Below, piece by piece: positions 62,453-64,000 of a stretch of DNA of 64,000 nt. The translations under genes and the position numbers were made by a program. The notes under the pieces were generated by a model that had not been told where the DNA came from, searched no databases, and saw only the letters and a list, made by a program, of their open reading frames with translations. Where the stretch lies: the sequence record ON529855.1. One strand, written 5' to 3'. The first letter of the stretch is position 1. Each line of letters begins with the position of its first letter.

Positions 62453-63229
62453 TCACTCCACCTGACCCGGCCAGACACGGTCCGCCAGCCGCAGCAGGGC
62501 GCCGATGACCAGCTTCTTGTCCTTACCGTTGACGAAGGGGCTCATCGTCTCAGGCCAGCGCGGCGGCAGGCCCAGGAAGGGCAGGGTGCGCTCGGCCGCC
62601 TCGAACTCCGAGGCGGCGAAGGCGGCGACCTGCTGAAGACCGACGGCGTAGGAATGCAGGCCGTACTGCTTCGCGTTGCCGCCGTCGTGGTAGCCCATGC
62701 CCAGGCGGATTTTCTCGATCTCGCTGTCGTAGGCCATCCAGCAGAACCGGCCGTCGGGCAGGTCGAGGTGCTGGGTGTCCCAGTCCAGCGGATGGCCGAA
62801 GGCGTCGATGCGGCAGCGGTCGACGGCCTGGGAGAAGGGCTCCAGGCGGCCGATCGCCTTGATGGTGGAGACCAGAGGCATGAAGCGGCCCGCCGCCAGT
62901 TCCAGGCACGGGGTCTGGTCCAGCAGGGCGCGGTATTCCGCCACGGTTTGCCCGGCGCTCGACAGCGGATGGCGCTTGCCCTCGATCTGCTCGCGCAGCA
63001 GCAGGCCGTCGATCGGATCACGCGCCGCCAGCCATTCCACAAAGGCCGAGACGTGATACTCGTGCACCTGAGGCCCCAGAATGTGGGCGCGCTGGAGTTC
63101 GTTGACCGATTCCATGCCAAAGCCGATGTGCAGGCTGTTGTTCTCGTCCTGGTGCAGGGCGTAGAGGAACAGCCGACTGGCGCCGGTGGCCTTCAGCGGC
63201 GTGCGTTCATAGGCGTTGAGGAGGCTCAC
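62453..63229 (-). CDS. hypothetical protein
   Basis: GTG start overlapping upstream stop; about 258 aa. Confidence 0.7.
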   Translation of the reverse strand: MSLLNAYERTPLKATGASRLFLYALHQDENNSLHIGFGMESVNELQRAHILGPQVHEYHVSAFVEWLAARDPIDGLLLREQIEGKRHPLSSAGQTVAEYRALLDQTPCLELAAGRFMPLVSTIKAIGRLEPFSQAVDRCRIDAFGHPLDWDTQHLDLPDGRFCWMAYDSEIEKIRLGMGYHDGGNAKQYGLHSYAVGLQQVAAFAASEFEAAERTLPFLGLPPRWPETMSPFVNGKDKKLVIGALLRLADRVWPGQVE

Positions 63230-64000
63230 AGGCGCCACTTCGCTCCCTGCATGGTGATGATCTGGCGCTGGCCGTTGTGCAGGGTCACGACGTGGCTGTG
63301 CGACCACGACGAGAGGCCCTTGTTGTAGCCCATGTCCAGCTTGGAGGTGGTGCCTGACACGAAGGCCCCGTCGATGATCTGACACGAATGGGTGTGCCCG
63401 GTGGTCGACTTGGCGCCGGCGCGGGTGAACTGCCGGGGATTGCCGCGCGCGCCATTGGCGCCCAGGTGCCCGTGCATGCCCTTTTCGATGTCCATCACCT
63501 GGAAGGACTCGTCCTCGCGCAGGAAGCGCACGCCTTCGCAGGCGATGTCGTCGAAATAGTCCGTCAGGACATATTCGAACACCGAGAAGTCGCCGTCATG
63601 TTCGCGGATCGCCTGGTAGGCGCGCCGCTGGCAGGCCAGGAAGAACTCGGCGTTGCGCGGATCGTGGCGATAGTCGGCTTCCTTGAGCCAGCGCTTCAGC
63701 GCCAGGTCATGGTTGGACTCCACCACGACCGTCTTGCAGAAATCCCGTCGCGTGGATTCGATGAAGGACGCCACCTCGCGCAGTTCCGTCTCGACGGAGT
63801 CGGCGCCGGCCACGAACAGGGCGAACATGTGGTGGGGATCGCGCAGATTGTGGTGGTTGCGCGCCTGGAAGTCGCAGACGTCGTGATAGAACTGGTACGA
63901 CGGCCGCAGCGCGTCCAGGATCGGCATCGGATCGCTCTCGCCCGAGGTCGCCCAGCGCCGGCCGGACCCGCGCCCCTTGGCGTCAAGCGGGTAGAAGCCG
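63226..64000 (-). CDS. metallophosphoesterase-like protein, T5 A1-like (5' truncated)
   Basis: SNHD, MHGHLGANGARG, TGHTHS, KLDMGYNKGLSSW motifs. Confidence 0.78.
   Translation of the reverse strand, partial: GFYPLDAKGRGSGRRWATSGESDPMPILDALRPSYQFYHDVCDFQARNHHNLRDPHHMFALFVAGADSVETELREVASFIESTRRDFCKTVVVESNHDLALKRWLKEADYRHDPRNAEFFLACQRRAYQAIREHDGDFSVFEYVLTDYFDDIACEGVRFLREDESFQVMDIEKGMHGHLGANGARGNPRQFTRAGAKSTTGHTHSCQIIDGAFVSGTTSKLDMGYNKGLSSWSHSHVVTLHNGQRQIITMQGAKWRL

Noticed and set aside
1-64000. Genome-wide UGA recoding suggested by the UCA-loop element
   Set aside because: Most genes end cleanly at TGA, often in ATGA/TGATG couplings, and conserved proteins are not interrupted by TGA.

Overview
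64-kb slice of a GC-rich, densely coded phage genome. Gene content and promoter motifs point to a large alphaproteobacterial (Caulobacter/Brevundimonas, phiCbK-like) siphophage; this is inferred, not database-verified. The window holds an accessory and anti-defence arm: SPFH protein, NadM-Nudix plus NAMPT NAD salvage pair, DNA ligase, rIIA/rIIB, NADAR, nucleotidyltransferase and RNA ligase. It also holds a replication and nucleotide-metabolism arm: primase-helicase, intein-containing SNF2 helicase, RNR alpha (intein) and beta (glutaredoxin fusion), dUTPase, ThyX-like, dNMP kinase, Dda/RecD-like helicase, SSB, Cas4-like and DEDDh exonucleases, family A polymerase and two DNA methyltransferases. 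The most striking part is a mostly non-coding RNA island at about 37.2-43.0 kb on the minus strand. It contains a Ro60/TROVE gene preceded by four tandem tRNA-derived Y-RNA-like elements, four tandem copies of an unrecognised 200-260 nt structured RNA motif, a circularly permuted two-piece tmRNA, three tRNAs (two with unexpected long variable arms), two stand-alone permuted tRNA mimics and further unexplained long stems. All RNA structures were folded by eye and need covariance-model confirmation.
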